Below, piece by piece: positions 39,815-54,830 of a stretch of DNA of 64,000 bases. The stretch comes from Octopus bimaculoides (taxonomy: Eukaryota). Location: contig NC_068997.1 in assembly GCF_001194135.2 (NCBI RefSeq), positions 54,924,538 through 54,988,537 of the forward strand, read 5' to 3'. The notes beneath the pieces are model-generated. The model was not told the DNA's origin, ran no database searches, and saw nothing but the letters and a program-made list of their open reading frames with translations. Position 1 is the stretch's first letter. Every line of letters starts with the position of its first letter. The position numbers were made by a program, and so were the translations under genes.

Positions 39815-41179
39815 AATAAATAATAACTCAATAATGTGTGTGTGTGTGAGTGTGTACATCTTTTATCACATCCCTTTCTTTAATTTCAAGAACTGCATGT
39901 TCATAACCATTCCCTTTCCCAACTCCACTCTGCTTATTCCAGTCCACTCAACTTAAGTATCTCCTCCATGGCAAAAACCCTGTTCTGTTCTGGTGCCTTC
40001 TTTCATACTTCAGCCTCTCATTTTTAAGCATAAAGTCACCTTCATCTCTACTCTCTGGAGCTCTACTCATTTGAAAAGAATCTTAGAGTCTTGTGAGCTC
40101 CATGGCAACCTCACTAATGCTGGAGCCATGAACAAAGCACCCAGTATATGGGGTAAAGTACATGGCATTGTGAAGGGCAGCCAACCATAAGAACCATACC
40201 AAAGCAAACCTAGGAGCACAATGCAGCTCTCAGACCCATTTGATTCTGTCAAATCATCTAACCCATGACAGCATGGCAGATGGATATTAAAAGATGATGA
40301 TGGTTTTAAAGAACTGAACTGTCTAAATACATTTTATGTCATGTTTTTTTCTGTTGTTATTTAGCTTTAGTTCTTTTTATTTTATCTTCAAAGTTGTTTC
40401 TAAAGACTTTTAAATGATAATTATTATCAAACTTATCGTTAAGCGATAATTATCATCAGTTTTACATTATTTTAATCATTTCCATTTATAAAATGTTTTA
40501 TTGCATTTGATCCCCTGACCTCTTTTAGGTTTTATTTCTAAAACGCAATTCTTCTAATTTTGTCTGTGTATGATCTCAGTAAAGTTTATTTAATTCGTAA
40601 TCTTGATCAAAGGAGTTAAATCTATGAAGCTCATCACTAAGTCTACTTTGCTAATATTTTCTATAACTGACTTCCTTGTTTGAATTGAAATGTCATTATG
40701 AATGTGTGTGGAGGGGGGGAGTTGTGTCTGTGGTGGTATGAAACTAGAAAACTGACTTGATATTCAACTTTCCTGAATATTGATTTATGAGACTGATTTA
40801 GATCATCTAATGAAATGCTATGTCATCTTTACAACAACAACTTCACAACACTGCCCTTACCACCACCACCAACAACAACAACTACTACTACTACAACTAC
40901 CTCAAAATATAGTTATTAACATAACTATTTGAAGCACCACCACCATCTCTGGAGTTTTATTTGATTTATTCTATTATTGTAAATATTCAACACAATCCAC
41001 CAACATAAATTCCAAACTGTTCAACCTTCCCAGCCATACAACCTCAAAACTGACATTGATGGCTTGGAATTTCTGATAATTCATTGAGGAGTATTTTACT
41101 TGGATAGCCCTGAGGTGGAGCACCAGGCTAAATGGATTGCAACATTTCATATTCTTGGGGTAGCAAACAGGCAGAATCA

Positions 41180-41375
41180 TTTGCTTGCTGGACAAAATGA
41201 TTGGCAGCATTTTGTCTGTCTTTATGTTCTGAGTTCAAATTCTGCTGAGGTTAACTCTGCCTTTCATCCCTCTTGGGGTTGATAAAATAAGCAACAATTT
41301 AGCCCTGGAGCCGATGTAACCGACTTCTTTGTCTCCCATTCTTGCTGGCCTTGTGCCGGCATTTGAAACCAATGA
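41180..41375 (+). mobile_element. Family B SINE variant
   Basis: gttctgagttcaaattctgctgaggttaactctgcctttcatcc..ggccttgtgccggcatttgaaacc. Confidence 0.75.
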
Positions 41376-41601
41376 TTGTAACACTCACTGGGTTCAAATC
41401 CCATGCAGTTTCAACATTGAATAGCACCCTTCCAGACTCGAAGTAGTAATCCTGTGCTAGTGGAAGGTGAGGTGGACCATAAATTAAAGGACCAAAGAAG
41501 AACCGGTGATGTGCGAAATAGTGGTCCAGAAAATAAAGTATCCATTGATATTTCTAGTTGGTATCATTATGGCCAAGCACCTGCACAACCGATATGTATA
41601 G

Positions 41602-41682
41602 ACACCCTGTATATGAGATGAATGGATATACACCCTGTATATGAGATGAATGGATATACACCGTGTATATGAGAGGAATGGG
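41602..41682. repeat. 28-bp tandem repeat, about 2.9 copies
   Basis: acaccctgtatatgagatgaatggatat x2 plus a partial third. Confidence 0.9.
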
Positions 41683-41949
41683 TAATCACTTCTGTCTTGA
41701 GGATTTGTTGTCTTCTATTTCTGAATTCTGCAACTCCAGAACCAGGTTCTCTCCTTCCCTTCCGCTCCAGCAATCATGGGGGAACCCTTCTACCTTACTT
41801 CCCTTTCTCCTTGAACCATAAGAAGGATAAATGCCAGCTATATACTAGGGGACAATTCAATTTGTGATTATTGTTTCTATGTCTAGCCTAAAAAAAAAAA
41901 TCAACGTTTTTTTTTCTGATAGGTGACAAATCAACAAATATCAGAAGTT

Positions 41950-41980
<31 letters not shown>

Positions 41981-42669
41981 TGAAACAAAATAAATCAACA
42001 GTTATTTTATTTGATGTTTCAGCTAAAAAATATATAACAAAGAAAAAAAAAAGAACAATCTATTTACTCATTTATTTAAGTAATTCCGTTTTGTTTACAA
42101 GTTTCCACCTCCAAATAATAACAATAATAAGAGTTTCCTTTCAACCGTTGACAAACAATGAAATCGCTGCTGTGAACAACAGTAAATAACATCTCTTCCC
42201 TCTCTCTACCCCACCCTCTCTCTGTAGGCAGAATAACATGAAGACAAATTCCATGCTGCACATTAGAAGCTACCTACCTACATCACAGGTTAATTACAGA
42301 CAAGCAACGTATACAAATAAATGCTAAAGCAATTAAAAATCTCCAATTTTCCTCTCTGACACACCCTTCAGTGCATGTCTCCAAACTTGAGACACTCCTC
42401 ACCTAATTCTAATCAATATTTACATTTGCTCTTCTGACTGACATCAATTACAAATGATTTACATCAGTCTTTCTCTCTGTTCATTCTTATTTCTTTCATA
42501 AGACATTATTATCATCATTATTATTATTTATTTATTTGTAGTCGTTGCTATTGTTTTATTTTTTCTAATTTTACGTATGTGAAAAATTATTAATGGAAGT
42601 GTTAATTAATTTAGGTGTGTAATATGTGTTTATATGTCTGTATGATAGGTTATATACATTTACATAGTC

Positions 42670-43200
<531 letters not shown>

Positions 43201-43984
43201 ATCTGAAGATATCAATATTCCGCTGGATGTATTCGTGAAAGTGCGTACTTGCATTTATAAGTATGTGTATTTCTATAAACGTCAATGTGCTTAAGTGAGG
43301 ACAGTATATAATTTGAAAATACATACAGTTGAAGTAACTTAAAAGAGCTGTGTTAGCAATTGGAATTATCAAAACCATTTCCTGGAGCGGACTTATTGAT
43401 TCTAGATGTGTGTAGCTCTGAAGATGCTATTCTCGACAACAATAAATGGTAAAATCTTCTGTACTTTCAGTTCCATTTGATCAGATATAATTTTTAAGCA
43501 ACATTAAGAAGGACTGTTACAGTGACCTATTTAAGTGTTGCCCTCCCTTCTATAAAGTGATTTCTGTTGTCATAAGGAATCTCTTCTGTTTTGGCTCGAT
43601 TTTTTTGTATTCTAAACCCTCATTCTCTCTCTCTCTCACTCTCTCTATCTCTCTCTCTCCTAGCATAAAGCTGTCTTCTTCTGTTTATAACCTCACTCAG
43701 TTGAAGATGATGTTAGTCTTGCAACCTATATGGTGACCTCATTGCTGTTGGTGCTGTGTATGCTCTTTATATAGTGGTTAGCATTAGACAGGGTACCCAG
43801 CTATGGGACCCATGTCAAAGCACATATTGAAGCATGGATGCAGCCTTAAAAGGGGTCAGTGATAAAACTCATTTAAATAAAAGGGTTGGAAGCCATTACT
43901 CTAATCTCTTATCCCCTTCTGGTGTTCATTAATTCTTTGTTGTTGTCAGTAACTGAGTTGACTCTTTTTTTTTAATTATATAAT

Positions 43985-44175
43985 GATCATTAGAGCTTTG
44001 GACAAAATGTCTTGCAATATTTGTTCTGGTTCTTTATATTCCAAGTTCAAATCCTGCTGAGGTCAACTTTGCTTTTCATCCTTTCAGGGTTGATAAAACA
44101 ATTAATGTTCGAGTCAAGTACTGGGGTTGATGGTACTGATGGCTACCCTCCTCCCTATTTCAAGCCTTGTTCCTA
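43985..44175 (+). mobile_element. Family B SINE
   Basis: ttcaaatcctgctgaggtcaactttgcttttcatcctttcagggttgataaa..gtactggggttgat. Confidence 0.75.
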
Positions 44176-44254
44176 CACTAGGGATGACTATGTAACCATA
44201 AACGCCTTAATCGGTGAACTAACTCAGTCTTGTACAAATAAAATATATTCAAAC

Positions 44255-44625
44255 ACAGGCAGAAGTGTGGCTGTGGGGTAAAAAGCTTGCTTCCCAACTA
44301 TGTAGTTCTGGGTTCAGTCCCACTGTGTGGCACCTTGGGTAAGTGTCTTCTACTATAACCTCGGGTTGACCAGAGCCTTGTGAGTGGAATTGGTAGACAG
44401 AAACTGAAAGAAGTTTGTTATGTGTTTACTCTCCCCCACTACTTGACAACAGGTGTTCGTGTGTTTATATACCAATGACTTAACAGTTCAGCAAGAGAGA
44501 CTGACAAAATAAGTACTAGCTTTAAAAAGAAAATAGGTACCAGGGTTGATACATTCAATAAAAAAAAAAGACCCTTGAAGCTGGTGCCCCAACATGGCTG
44601 CACTCAAACAACTGAAACAAGTCAA
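44255..44625 (+). mobile_element. Family A1 SINE, full length
   Basis: Well-preserved head gggttcagtcccactgtgtggcaccttgggtaagtgtcttctactata and tail ggtgccccaacatggctgcactcaaacaactgaaacaagt. Confidence 0.88.
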
Positions 44626-45838
44626 TGAACAACAATTTCCTAAGAAAACAAAATAACCAACTAATACCAAATAATTTCTGAATGGTTAACAGAATTAGAT
44701 ATTTTGTGAATTGGGTCAAATATTTAGTTTTCTTGGAATTTAGTTTGGATTTTTACCGTTAATTCATCTAAAATTAAACCTAATTTTACTTCTCATAAAA
44801 AAAGAAGAAATAGAAAAGAAAAAGAAAAGGAAACAATTAAATGAGACATTTTTTTTAGAATAAAACTTCTGAAACCTTTTCCAGTTACAGACAGATTGCT
44901 TAGAAACGGTGAGTGTTCTCTTCTGAAATAATATTCTACTCTTGGAATAAAAATAAATATTTATTCTACACACTATTGCTATGTAAAATAAGAGTCAATT
45001 GCTTTCCCTTTCTTGAGAAGACTTATTTATTAAGTCTTGTGGTTAACCATTCCAATTTCTGGAGAAATGGAGCTGTGATGGTCATATCTGTTCTGAGAAT
45101 ATTAGGTATACAAGTGAGTGGAAATAGCTATAATTGGAAACTAAAACTAGGTTGTAGACTTAGTTATACAAGAGCTCATTTCCTACTCTTCGAATGTTTA
45201 TAATATTCTTAATATGCAGGTCTATAATAAGATGGCAAATGATCAGCTTGCATAGAGAAGCTGGGTTTTAATGACTGTGTCAGATACTTTGGTAAAAGTA
45301 CCTTATTATTTTTACATTTATATTCTCCTGTTGGAACATTGCATGTTTTTAATGAGAGAAGTGGAGAAAGAAAACAAGAAATTATTATACAGGTCAAAAA
45401 ATATGTTTCACAGTGATCATAGTTACTTTTTCTCTTTCTTTTTTTCTTATTACTCTGCTATAAATATGTAGAAAAGTTGAAAGTTATTGACTTGGAAGCA
45501 GAATTTACAGAACGTCTCATCTGAAAATATATTCTGAGAGTCTCTGATATAATTTACAACTTTACAACATAATATTGTATAATCATGTCCCTTGTGCCAT
45601 CTTGTAACACTTGCAGTGCTATGCAGGTTTATCAATAAGGACAACAATCATCTGACTCGTCATTTCCAGTGAGATGCTCAACTGACTGATTAGCTTCAAA
45701 GATTGACTCCGATGAATTATCCCGGGGCAACTTCTGCATGGAAAATAAACAGTTAAGTAACTTTGCAATAATGACTAATTCTGGTCGCAAAAGTCAAGGG
45801 AGACAACTTTGAATATAATTGGATGAGCTCATGGAGTA

Positions 45839-45891
<53 letters not shown>

Positions 45892-45915
45892 AAGAAAGAG
45901 AGAGAGACATATAAC

Positions 45916-45954
<39 letters not shown>

Positions 45955-46481
45955 TATACTAGAGATATATTCATATACACAGGTTGTTTATACAAACTGA
46001 TTAAAAAACATAAATCTCTTATTTTTTTCCTCTCTCTTACATTCTGGCAGTTTACATCTGCTCACAAACAAACTTATATTTATAAAATAAAACTATGGCT
46101 CTCCAACTTAGTGTCACATGGTTGCTCTATTGACCAGACTATTAGATGTCCTTCTACATCACTGGTCACAATACACTTCCATCCTTCCCTTCATTGCACC
46201 CTTTTTAATATACTTACAAAAAATCGTTCACATATGTCTATAATAGTCATCTCAATGCATATTCATAACTGTGTTCAGTAAGAACTCGGACTCGCAAATT
46301 TACAAATGATTAATGTGGCTGAAGTTATGTCTCATAATAGACCTGAATAAGTACAAATAGTTAACGAGCTGGCCTACATAAAAAGAATCTTTCTCTATAT
46401 ATTTGGACAGTTCCACAACCATTGAGGTACATCCAAAATCATTTAAGTACATATTCAAATTATTTCTTAAACATGATGCAT

Positions 46482-46517
<36 letters not shown>

Positions 46518-46672
46518 TATGTAGATATGAATATATATGATTGTTTTCATATACATGTTTATATAAATATACTTATGTATATATTTACATACACATACAC
46601 ACATATATATATACATGTATGCATATATATACATATATACATATACATATATATATATATATAGATATACAT

Positions 46673-46682
46673 NNNNNNNNNN
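46673..46682. other. Assembly gap (10 N) inside a (TA)n block
   Basis: N run. Confidence 1.
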
Positions 46683-46729
<47 letters not shown>

Positions 46730-46899
46730 TAAGGCCTATTCTCCATTTTTTTTAGTAATGGGTAGCCCACAAAACACACCAAGTATTCCATTCATATATA
46801 TATATATATATATGCACACATACATATATAGCATATTCTTTCTCATAAATAGTTGTATACATAATTACATTAGATACATTTTACATCAGCACATACTAT

Positions 46900-47484
46900 T
46901 TAGAATGGAGAGAAAAGCAGATGTCAAGTCAGGATTTGCGGTTGCTTTCGGACAATTCATGAGGCACCCATTTTCCAAGTTTAGGAACCTTTCCAAGTTG
47001 TTGAAGATGACGATGAACAGTTGTATGGCTTGAACTAAACTTTATTGCCAATTCTTCAACTGATAATGCAGGATTTTCTTCAAGTAATGCCCCGAGGAGC
47101 TTATCATCAAACATTCGATCTTCATCTTCAAGGCTGAAATCTCCACTTCTGAATTTTGCAAACCATCTTCTGCAAGTTCTTTCATTCAAGCATTCTTTCC
47201 CATAAACTGAGTGTATGTTTCGAGTCGCTTCCGCTGCAGAGTTTCCTTTTTTGTACTCATAAAGCATTATGTGCCTCAAATGCTCTTTGGATACTTCCAT
47301 GTTAGAAAGGATTTTAATCAAAGAAATTTTAATTCTATTATACTGTAAAATAATATTTAATTAGTTCAAATGTACACAAATGCATAAAAATAATTTTTAC
47401 TTCAATTAGACATTCTAAAATACTATTAAATTTCATTCAATTTTAAAAAAGGTAAAATCGGACAGAACTTATGGAATGACCTGA
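46900..47484 (-). mobile_element. Mariner (Tc1/mariner) transposon, 5' half only: one TIR plus N-terminal transposase
   Basis: ATG at 47300: MEVSKEHLRHIMLYEYKKGNSAAEATRNI..WFAKFRSGDFSLED...LGKWVPHELSESNRKS* (123 aa, HTH domains plus WVPHEL linker). TIR-like ta|tcaggtcattccataagttctgtccgatttt at 47486-47454. No catalytic domain or second TIR seen. Confidence 0.9.
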
Positions 47485-47709
47485 TACTTATGTTTCATGG
47501 TAGAATAGGCAAGATTAATCTTTACAGCATAACCAATCCATGCCTGGATGTCCTTACTATTTCCAAGTAGTTTATAGAGTACTGTGGATACATTTTGGCA
47601 TTGTACCATCTCCAAAGAGATTATCATGTCTTTGGAATGAGTAAAGAGCTGTCCCTACTCTACATTGTCTCAATTCATTGAAGATAAGTGTGACTGAGAG
47701 GGTGAATTG

Positions 47710-47740
<31 letters not shown>

Positions 47741-47775
47741 TAATGACCAAGAAAGTGGCAGCAGAGAGAGAGATT

Positions 47776-47806
<31 letters not shown>

Positions 47807-48391
47807 TGTAGTGAGGGGGGAACTGTGATAGGAGAGAGAGTAATAATGAAAGACAGACAGTGATAGGCAGCTACATGCTGGTTGCCGGGAAGGGAGCTGA
47901 ATAGTAAAGCAGTATGAGCAATGGAAGAAGAGGAAGTGAAGCATATATGTGTGTGTGTGTGTGAGTGTGAGTGTGTATACATACACATGAATATATTATA
48001 TGTAAATATGTATATATGAATGTATGTAAATGGAGTAATTGGCAACTAATGTAGACTGATGGTGCAATGTTTATATTGGCTTGTTCATAACTCTAATTAG
48101 GTTAATATAAATTCCAGATGGGCTGGCTTTGATATATAATGGTTCACTAATGAATTTATAAACTTGATATATCTATATTCTTCACGGCACTCTAACATGG
48201 CTTGAATTTGTTAGATTCAATTAAAATTGTATTTATTTACTTAATCTTAGCTAATCATTAGAGGATTAGCATGCATCTATCTTCAAAACTGTCAACCAAT
48301 GGCTGGTTTTATTCAGACCCCCTTGCTTATCTCTGTGCAAAATCAATGTGGCACAACATATATTTATTCATAAGCAAATTGATAAATACTG

Positions 48392-48430
<39 letters not shown>

Positions 48431-49244
48431 GTTTTCAAACTCTTACATTCATAGCATTATGATTTTATGTGTGCATATGGATACAAAAATGTGCGTGTAT
48501 ATATATATTTTTTATAAACACACACACACACACATATTAGTTATATACGTAAATAACTGTTCTCAAACCTATTATATTCATGGCACTACACATTTATGTG
48601 CATGTATTGAAGTACTGAAATTTATTTCAACTATAAATAATGTCTGTATTATCAATATGTAGGCAATTATTTCTGCATGTTTCTGTTTATATAGCAGTTA
48701 AATTATCTGACAGGTGGATAAGAATATAGAATCATAGTTCTGAGATCGGATCGGATGGAGTTGTTTGATTGTGGTTCTTGGCAGCATTCTTCATATCCTT
48801 CATCACTCGGTTCACCTTGCTGGGAATAGCATTCAGGTCTTGTGGGAATGTAATGTGCAATAGACTGCTATCCTATCTAGTTTGAGATTAATTCCACATC
48901 AGGTAAATATCACAGGTAAACACACACTGGAGTATCAAGATATTCTTTGGTGACTGGATTCATTATCTCTCTTACTGAATTACATGTTTGTGTTTGTATC
49001 TTTGCAATTATAGACATACACTATAATGAACATTAATGCATTGAAAATATTCATGTGCAATTACGTGTATGCATACACACACACTGATTTTAATCTGATG
49101 ATGTAGATGAAGAACCCATGTTCAATGTAGAATTCCATAAATTCTAAAATGTGGTGTATGTACCTCTTCTGATATTGACCTTATACCAAATCAAGTGTTT
49201 CTTTTTTTTAACACATCTGCACAAGTCAATTCTGACGTTCACTG

Positions 49245-49464
49245 ATCATCATCATCATCGTTTAACGTCCGCTATCCATGCTAGCATGGGTTGGACGATT
49301 TGACTGAGGACTGGCAAGCCAGAAGACTGCACCAGGCTCCAATCTGATCTGGCAGAGTTTCTACAGCTGGATGCCCTTCCTAACACCAACCACTCCGAGA
49401 GTGTAGTGGGTGCTTTTACGTGCCACCGGCACGAGGGCCAGTCACATGGTACTGGCAACGGCCA
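49245..49464 (-). mobile_element. Short 5'-truncated RTE 3' end
   Basis: catcatcatcgtttaacgtccgctatccatgctagcatgg..., reverse of the RTE tail. Confidence 0.9.
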
Positions 49465-49747
49465 TGTAGTGTCCTTGAGAAAGTCACATTAATTTATACT
49501 CCTCCAGTCCAAGCTAAAAGTAAATACCAGCCAGATGCTGGTACCTCTCTCTCTCCTCTCCTTATGGATCACCTCTTTCTCTCTCTCTCTCTTCCCCACC
49601 AGGTGTCACATCCTTGGTGTTTCATTGGCCCAACAGTGGGAGGGCCAAGAGAATGTCTTTGTCTGGTTGCAGCTATATAGGCAGCTAAAATAGTTAAGTT
49701 AATGAAAGCATGGTACTTGATACCAAGTCAATCTTGATTGTGAGAGA

Positions 49748-49781
<34 letters not shown>

Positions 49782-50200
49782 AGTGTGAGGGTGAGCATAT
49801 ATTTATCACTGTGCCTCTCCATGATAAAAAAGAAAATCAAACAGACATACTGCATGGGAAGCCAGCCCACAGAAATATTGGCAGCTAAACTATATAACTG
49901 AGTCTCTTGAGATACTTCATACATTAAACACAATTTAATTCAACAAAAAGAAAAAGAAAATCATTCATGTCTACATTTAATTGTTTCTTTCATTTTAATT
50001 ACCTCGGTGACTCTTAGTTCCTTTTTATATTACACTCCATCTCATGCTTTTGTTTATCTTTGATTTGTACTTTTTTTGCACTTTTTATTGTTGTGTATTT
50101 CATCATTTTTTTTTCAATTATCTTTGTTAGTTTCATCTCTCAGCCAAGGCAACCAAAATTATATATATCATACATACCCACATCCACACACGTGTGTGTT

Positions 50201-50236
<36 letters not shown>

Positions 50237-50799
50237 CATATATGGGTGTGTGCGCATACATGAGCACATTTTGTTGATAAAGGTAGTTAAGCTCTATTTC
50301 AGTGTTTGATAGTAAACAATAACCAAAACATCAAAGTAATTTAGTCTAACCATGATAGAGAGTTTATCTGTATGAAATACCCACCTCTGCCCTACATTTC
50401 GATTCATTGTTCCTTTGTTACTTACAACTCATCTTTTTACAACAACAACAACAACAACAAGCAAGTGCTAAAATAAATACAAAGGTGTCTATCTTTATCC
50501 ACCTTCCCATCACATTTCCATCATCATTATCAATATCATTCAGTTTAGTTACAGAATTTACCACAATTATAACTAATATTTGATTTTTTTTTGTTATCTT
50601 TTTTTTTAACTTTTTATTTGCCTGTTTATATTTTTAGTTTATTGATCAGTGTTCTGTTTAAAGAATGAATATCAATTCTATTCTTCTTACTGACATGGTG
50701 CGCATTCTATATAGAAATGTAGGTGTGGGAGTATATATGTGTATGTATGTATGTATTATTATGGTAAAAGTGATGGGTCCTCAGCTGAACTAGAATCTT

Positions 50800-51200
50800 T
50801 ACAGATTTCTACTAGGCATATTTCATATGCGTGTGTGCCAGCCTGTTGTTCTTCATCAGAAGTGCAGATGATTTGGCAGAAGTGTACTACGCTTGTGAGG
50901 CTACTATAACAGTTGGAGTCATGAATTTTACTATTTTCATGTCTGCAATAAAATTTATGAAGCATATTAGTGTCAAGCAGTTTGGCTGTTTTATGGTTAT
51001 ATGTAACTGCAATTTTTTTTATTGATAGAAACGCTTTTGAGCAGTAGTGTTTTTCTGAAGCACTATTAATGTTAGTGGCTTGTATTTTGTCTTGTGTTAC
51101 TCATGGTTTTTAATTATATGTGAATCAATTCTGTAGTTAGTATTAATTTGGTTCATGCAATATACTTTATGTGTACCTTGTAGTGTCTGGTGGATTTGTT
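50800..51200 (-). pseudogene. Penelope-like element 3' relic
   Basis: KTAKLLDTNMLHKFYCRHENS resembles the Penelope terminus LLNKRSELISKCRHENK. Heavily decayed. Confidence 0.35.
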
Positions 51201-51454
51201 GCCTGATTGTCTTTGTATTGTTTAATGGATTGCTCTGTTAATTTGTCAAACTACCTGTTGTTAGTTCAGTTTTTATTTTATCCTAAGGATTTGTTTTTAC
51301 CTAATTTTTTCGTTGGCAGAGGAGAGTCTGAATGCTCTTCTAATTAAGGATTTTACCACTCACATTTTGTCTCCATGTAAGCAATATGCATTTAAATGTG
51401 TTTGTTTTTTAAACGGATGTGGTGGATCTATTTATGTCTACGGCATCAGAAATG

Positions 51455-51830
51455 GTTGTATGCTTAAGGTGTTTGCTTCTCAACTGCAGAGACTCAGTTC
51501 CACTCCACGACACCTTGGACAAGTGTCTTTCACTATTACCCTGAATCATCCAAAACCTTGAGAGTGAATTTGGTAGATGGAAACTGAAAGAAGCTCTGCG
51601 TGTGTGTGGGTGTGCATGCATATGTATGTATGTGGGTGTTGTGCATATGCATGTTTGCCTGTGTGTGTATGTGTGTTCTCCAAAAAGCCATGAGTTGTGA
51701 CACTGCAATCCTGTTTTCCCTGTCTGAAATTTGCACTTTCTGAGGCTTGTGAAATAAGTGACCCCTTTCTTCATAAATAGGTGAGGATTAGTGATAGGAA
51801 GTGCCACATCTGTTTTAGCCCATGCTAGCA
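51455..51830 (+). mobile_element. Family A SINE with RTE-like tail (degenerate)
   Basis: caccttggacaagtgtcttt..ggtagatggaaactgaaagaagc..cccatgctagcatgg. Confidence 0.7.
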
Positions 51831-52904
51831 TGGGAGGAACTGAAGGAACAGAAAATCACTAAACGGTTCTATAACAAGCTCAAAGAATATGCACTGAAGG
51901 TAGTTCAAGAAATGGTTGTTCAATGACTTTTTAGAGATCTTGGAAGATTCTAACGAAGTAGACAACATCTTCACCGGTAGAACTAACAGAAACCATATTA
52001 AATAATATATAGACCCCCCCCCCCCATGACAAAACCCATCCCTGATACCAGCTTAAATACCGAAGGAGAAAAGTTGAAGGAGCCATGTGTCTTCTCTTAG
52101 AGTCAGTGTGAGGAACTTTGTGTATGACTATAGTGTTGGTATGAAGACATAAACATGTGATACATAATAAGTGGTGCCAAGACCTCAAAATATGGTATAC
52201 ACCAGATGTCTGTCTGAATGATGCACTTCTTGTACTGAAGAACATACTAGAGGGACATCAACAAATGAAATGATGACCTGGAAAACAATACTGCACTGAA
52301 ATATTTGATGTATAAAGCTGTAGAAATAAGACTAGTAGCATGTAACATCACCATTTCTAGAGAGAAACATTCAAACAGGAAATAATACAATTAACACATC
52401 TGCTTACATCAAAGACACAACAAAGTGTGTATATTGACACAGAAACAAAAAACTGTACAGAACTCATGTAAAATGTGGGATACAAAAGCAAACCTTTTGA
52501 TTAAAAATAAATATATATATATATATATAAAGCTCTAATAATTGTGCTTTCAACACAACATCTGAAAGAAACACTGTTACGCACATGCATACACAGTTCA
52601 TTTCAGTTGAATACTTATCTCACAACCCACAAGATTGTGTTACATATTGAAATATTAGATGCACATGTATGTCCGCATCATTATATATTTATATATGCAA
52701 GCATGTCTGCTTTAATGTGTGCATATTTATAAAGAACGGTTTAATTTGATTAATTCAATTAGTGAACATCATGAAATTGTAGAAATTACATGTACAGATT
52801 GCTTTTGGACTGGAATGGTTTCTCAGAATAAATTATACCATTGTGTCGGTGACAGAAAACTAGTTTTCTAAGACCAAATTTAAACAGAAAGTAAGTTAAA
52901 AATA

Positions 52905-53290
52905 TATACAAGCATGGCTCTATGGTTAAGAAGTTTGCTTCTAAACCACATGGTTCCACATTCAATTCCACTGTGCAGTATCTTGGGCAAACATCTTCTG
53001 ACATATCCATGAGTTGACCAAAACTTAGCAAGTGAATTTGGTTGACAGAAACTGTAGCAATCCCATTATACAAATCTGTATGTAAATGATTGTGTATGCA
53101 CATATGTGCTTCTCCAAAAATGTCTGAGCTAGAGGTGGTGATGGAAATATCATTTCTCGTTGGCTACAAATTGTCTGATAATTTTTCACCTTCAGAAACA
53201 TATCAAGTAAGAGATCTCTCCCTTGCAAACATAGTAAGGGTTAGCAACAAGAAGAGCATCCAGCAGTACAACAATGCCTCAATATGTTAA
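52905..53290 (+). mobile_element. Family A SINE with RTE-like tail (degenerate)
   Basis: gcatggctctatggttaagaagtttgcttc..cttgggcaaacatcttc..aagagcatccagcagtac. Confidence 0.65.
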
Positions 53291-53804
53291 TCTAAACAAT
53301 GTTAGAAGCAGAAAAACTAATGAATGAATGGACTAGATGTCTTTTAACTCAACATGGGACTAATTTCTCTGGGAGTCTGTGTATTTCATTGAATTGAACC
53401 AAATATATAACACTGATTCCCTGAGGATGAAATATCAAGACCAATTACCCCGGCAGGTTGGATGCTAGAAGAGAATCAAAGACTTATACAATTTTTTTCA
53501 AGATTAAACCATTTGCAAAGATGGATTTACTATGAATTGACCCATTGTTCTGAGGTTGAGAGAAAATGAAAATAGACAGAGATAAGAAGGCAGAATTTCC
53601 AAAAATCAGGTTTGCTTATAATTAAATTTTAAAAAGAATTGAATTATGTAATTGACATAATTTTCCTTAATTACTTCTTACATGTAAGTTGAATATTTGA
53701 AATTGTTATAGCCGAAAGCTAATACAAGAGCTTTGAAAATTCACACCAATTTTAAACATATGATAAGTTAATATTACAAGTACAGTATTACATGAGTTAA
53801 TATC

Positions 53805-53944
53805 TATTTCTTTATTTCCCACAGGGGACTAAACATAGAGGGGACGAACAAGGACAGACAAAGGGATTAAGTCGATTACATTGACCCTAGTGTGTTGCTG
53901 GTCCTTATTTAATGGACCCCGAAAGGATGAAAGGCAAAGTAGAC
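53805..53944 (-). mobile_element. 5'-truncated long-tail family B SINE with 11-bp TSD
   Basis: gagttaatatc at 53794-53804 and 53945-53955. Confidence 0.88.
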
Positions 53945-54021
53945 GAGTTAATATCATAAGAGCAATAAATAAGTTTATATAATTCTAAGAAAACTGGTTG
54001 TTGAAAATAAACTTTCAACAA

Positions 54022-54243
54022 TGAATATTGGTTTCAAATTTTGGCACAAGGCCAGCAGTTTTAAGGGAGGGGTTTAGTCAATTACATCAACCTCAGTAAT
54101 CAACTGGTACTTATTTTATCATCCTGGAAAGGATGAGAGGCAAAGTAGACTTTTGTGGAATTTGATCTCAGAATGTGAGGATGGATGAAATGCTGCTAAG
54201 CATTTTGCTCAGTGTGCTAACAATTCTGCCAGCTCACTGCCGT
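54022..54243 (-). mobile_element. Family B SINE variant
   Basis: ttggtttcaaattttggcacaaggccagc..ttctgccagctcactgcc. Confidence 0.85.
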
Positions 54244-54699
54244 TTTAGTGAGGAATGTCGATTCCTTAATTTAATATAAACATCTTGCTATATTTCAGTT
54301 CTTGAAATATATCAGCAGACTTGTCGTTCTTAGGTTGAATATCTAGGCAGCTGTACTTGCCAAATAGCTTATAGCCATTAGCATAAAATACTTGCAATTC
54401 TCTCAACTAATTTTAATAAAAGAAGTTCAGTAGAGGAGAGCTGAACATTTTATTTCAGGCCTTTGTTTATCCTATGTGTGTTGGGAGGCGTCCCAATAAT
54501 TATGCAGAATCAATGAATTCATGATTTTGTACATAAAATCTTGAAAAATCGAGAAAAAAAAAAAATCTTTCAAAGTTAAAAGATAATCAGCAATGTCGTT
54601 AATTGAACTACGAATTCTTGTTCTGAATATTCTTCAGTTTTGGATTTTATATTTTTAAGAAAATTTATTTCTAAGATAAAATACTTGGATATAAAAAGG

Positions 54700-54830
54700 T
54701 AACGCTTTGTGACCACAGGAGTCAGAAAAATGATAATTGCAGCTTTAAAATAACATAACAACAGCATTGGGAACAGCCTGAAGAATTTCATTTTTGGAAT
54801 TGATTTCTTGTAAATGAATAAAATATTCTG
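54700..54830 (-). pseudogene. Possible MULE transposase relic
   Basis: LQEINS... then, in another frame, FPMLLLCYF, resembling the MULE pattern AEINA...FP...LLCxFH. Confidence 0.25.

Noticed and set aside
50820-50870. Hammerhead-like CTGATGA...GAAA on the minus strand in the Penelope relic (also 56519 on +)
   Set aside because: Stems II and III could not be paired convincingly by eye; an Infernal HHR search would decide.
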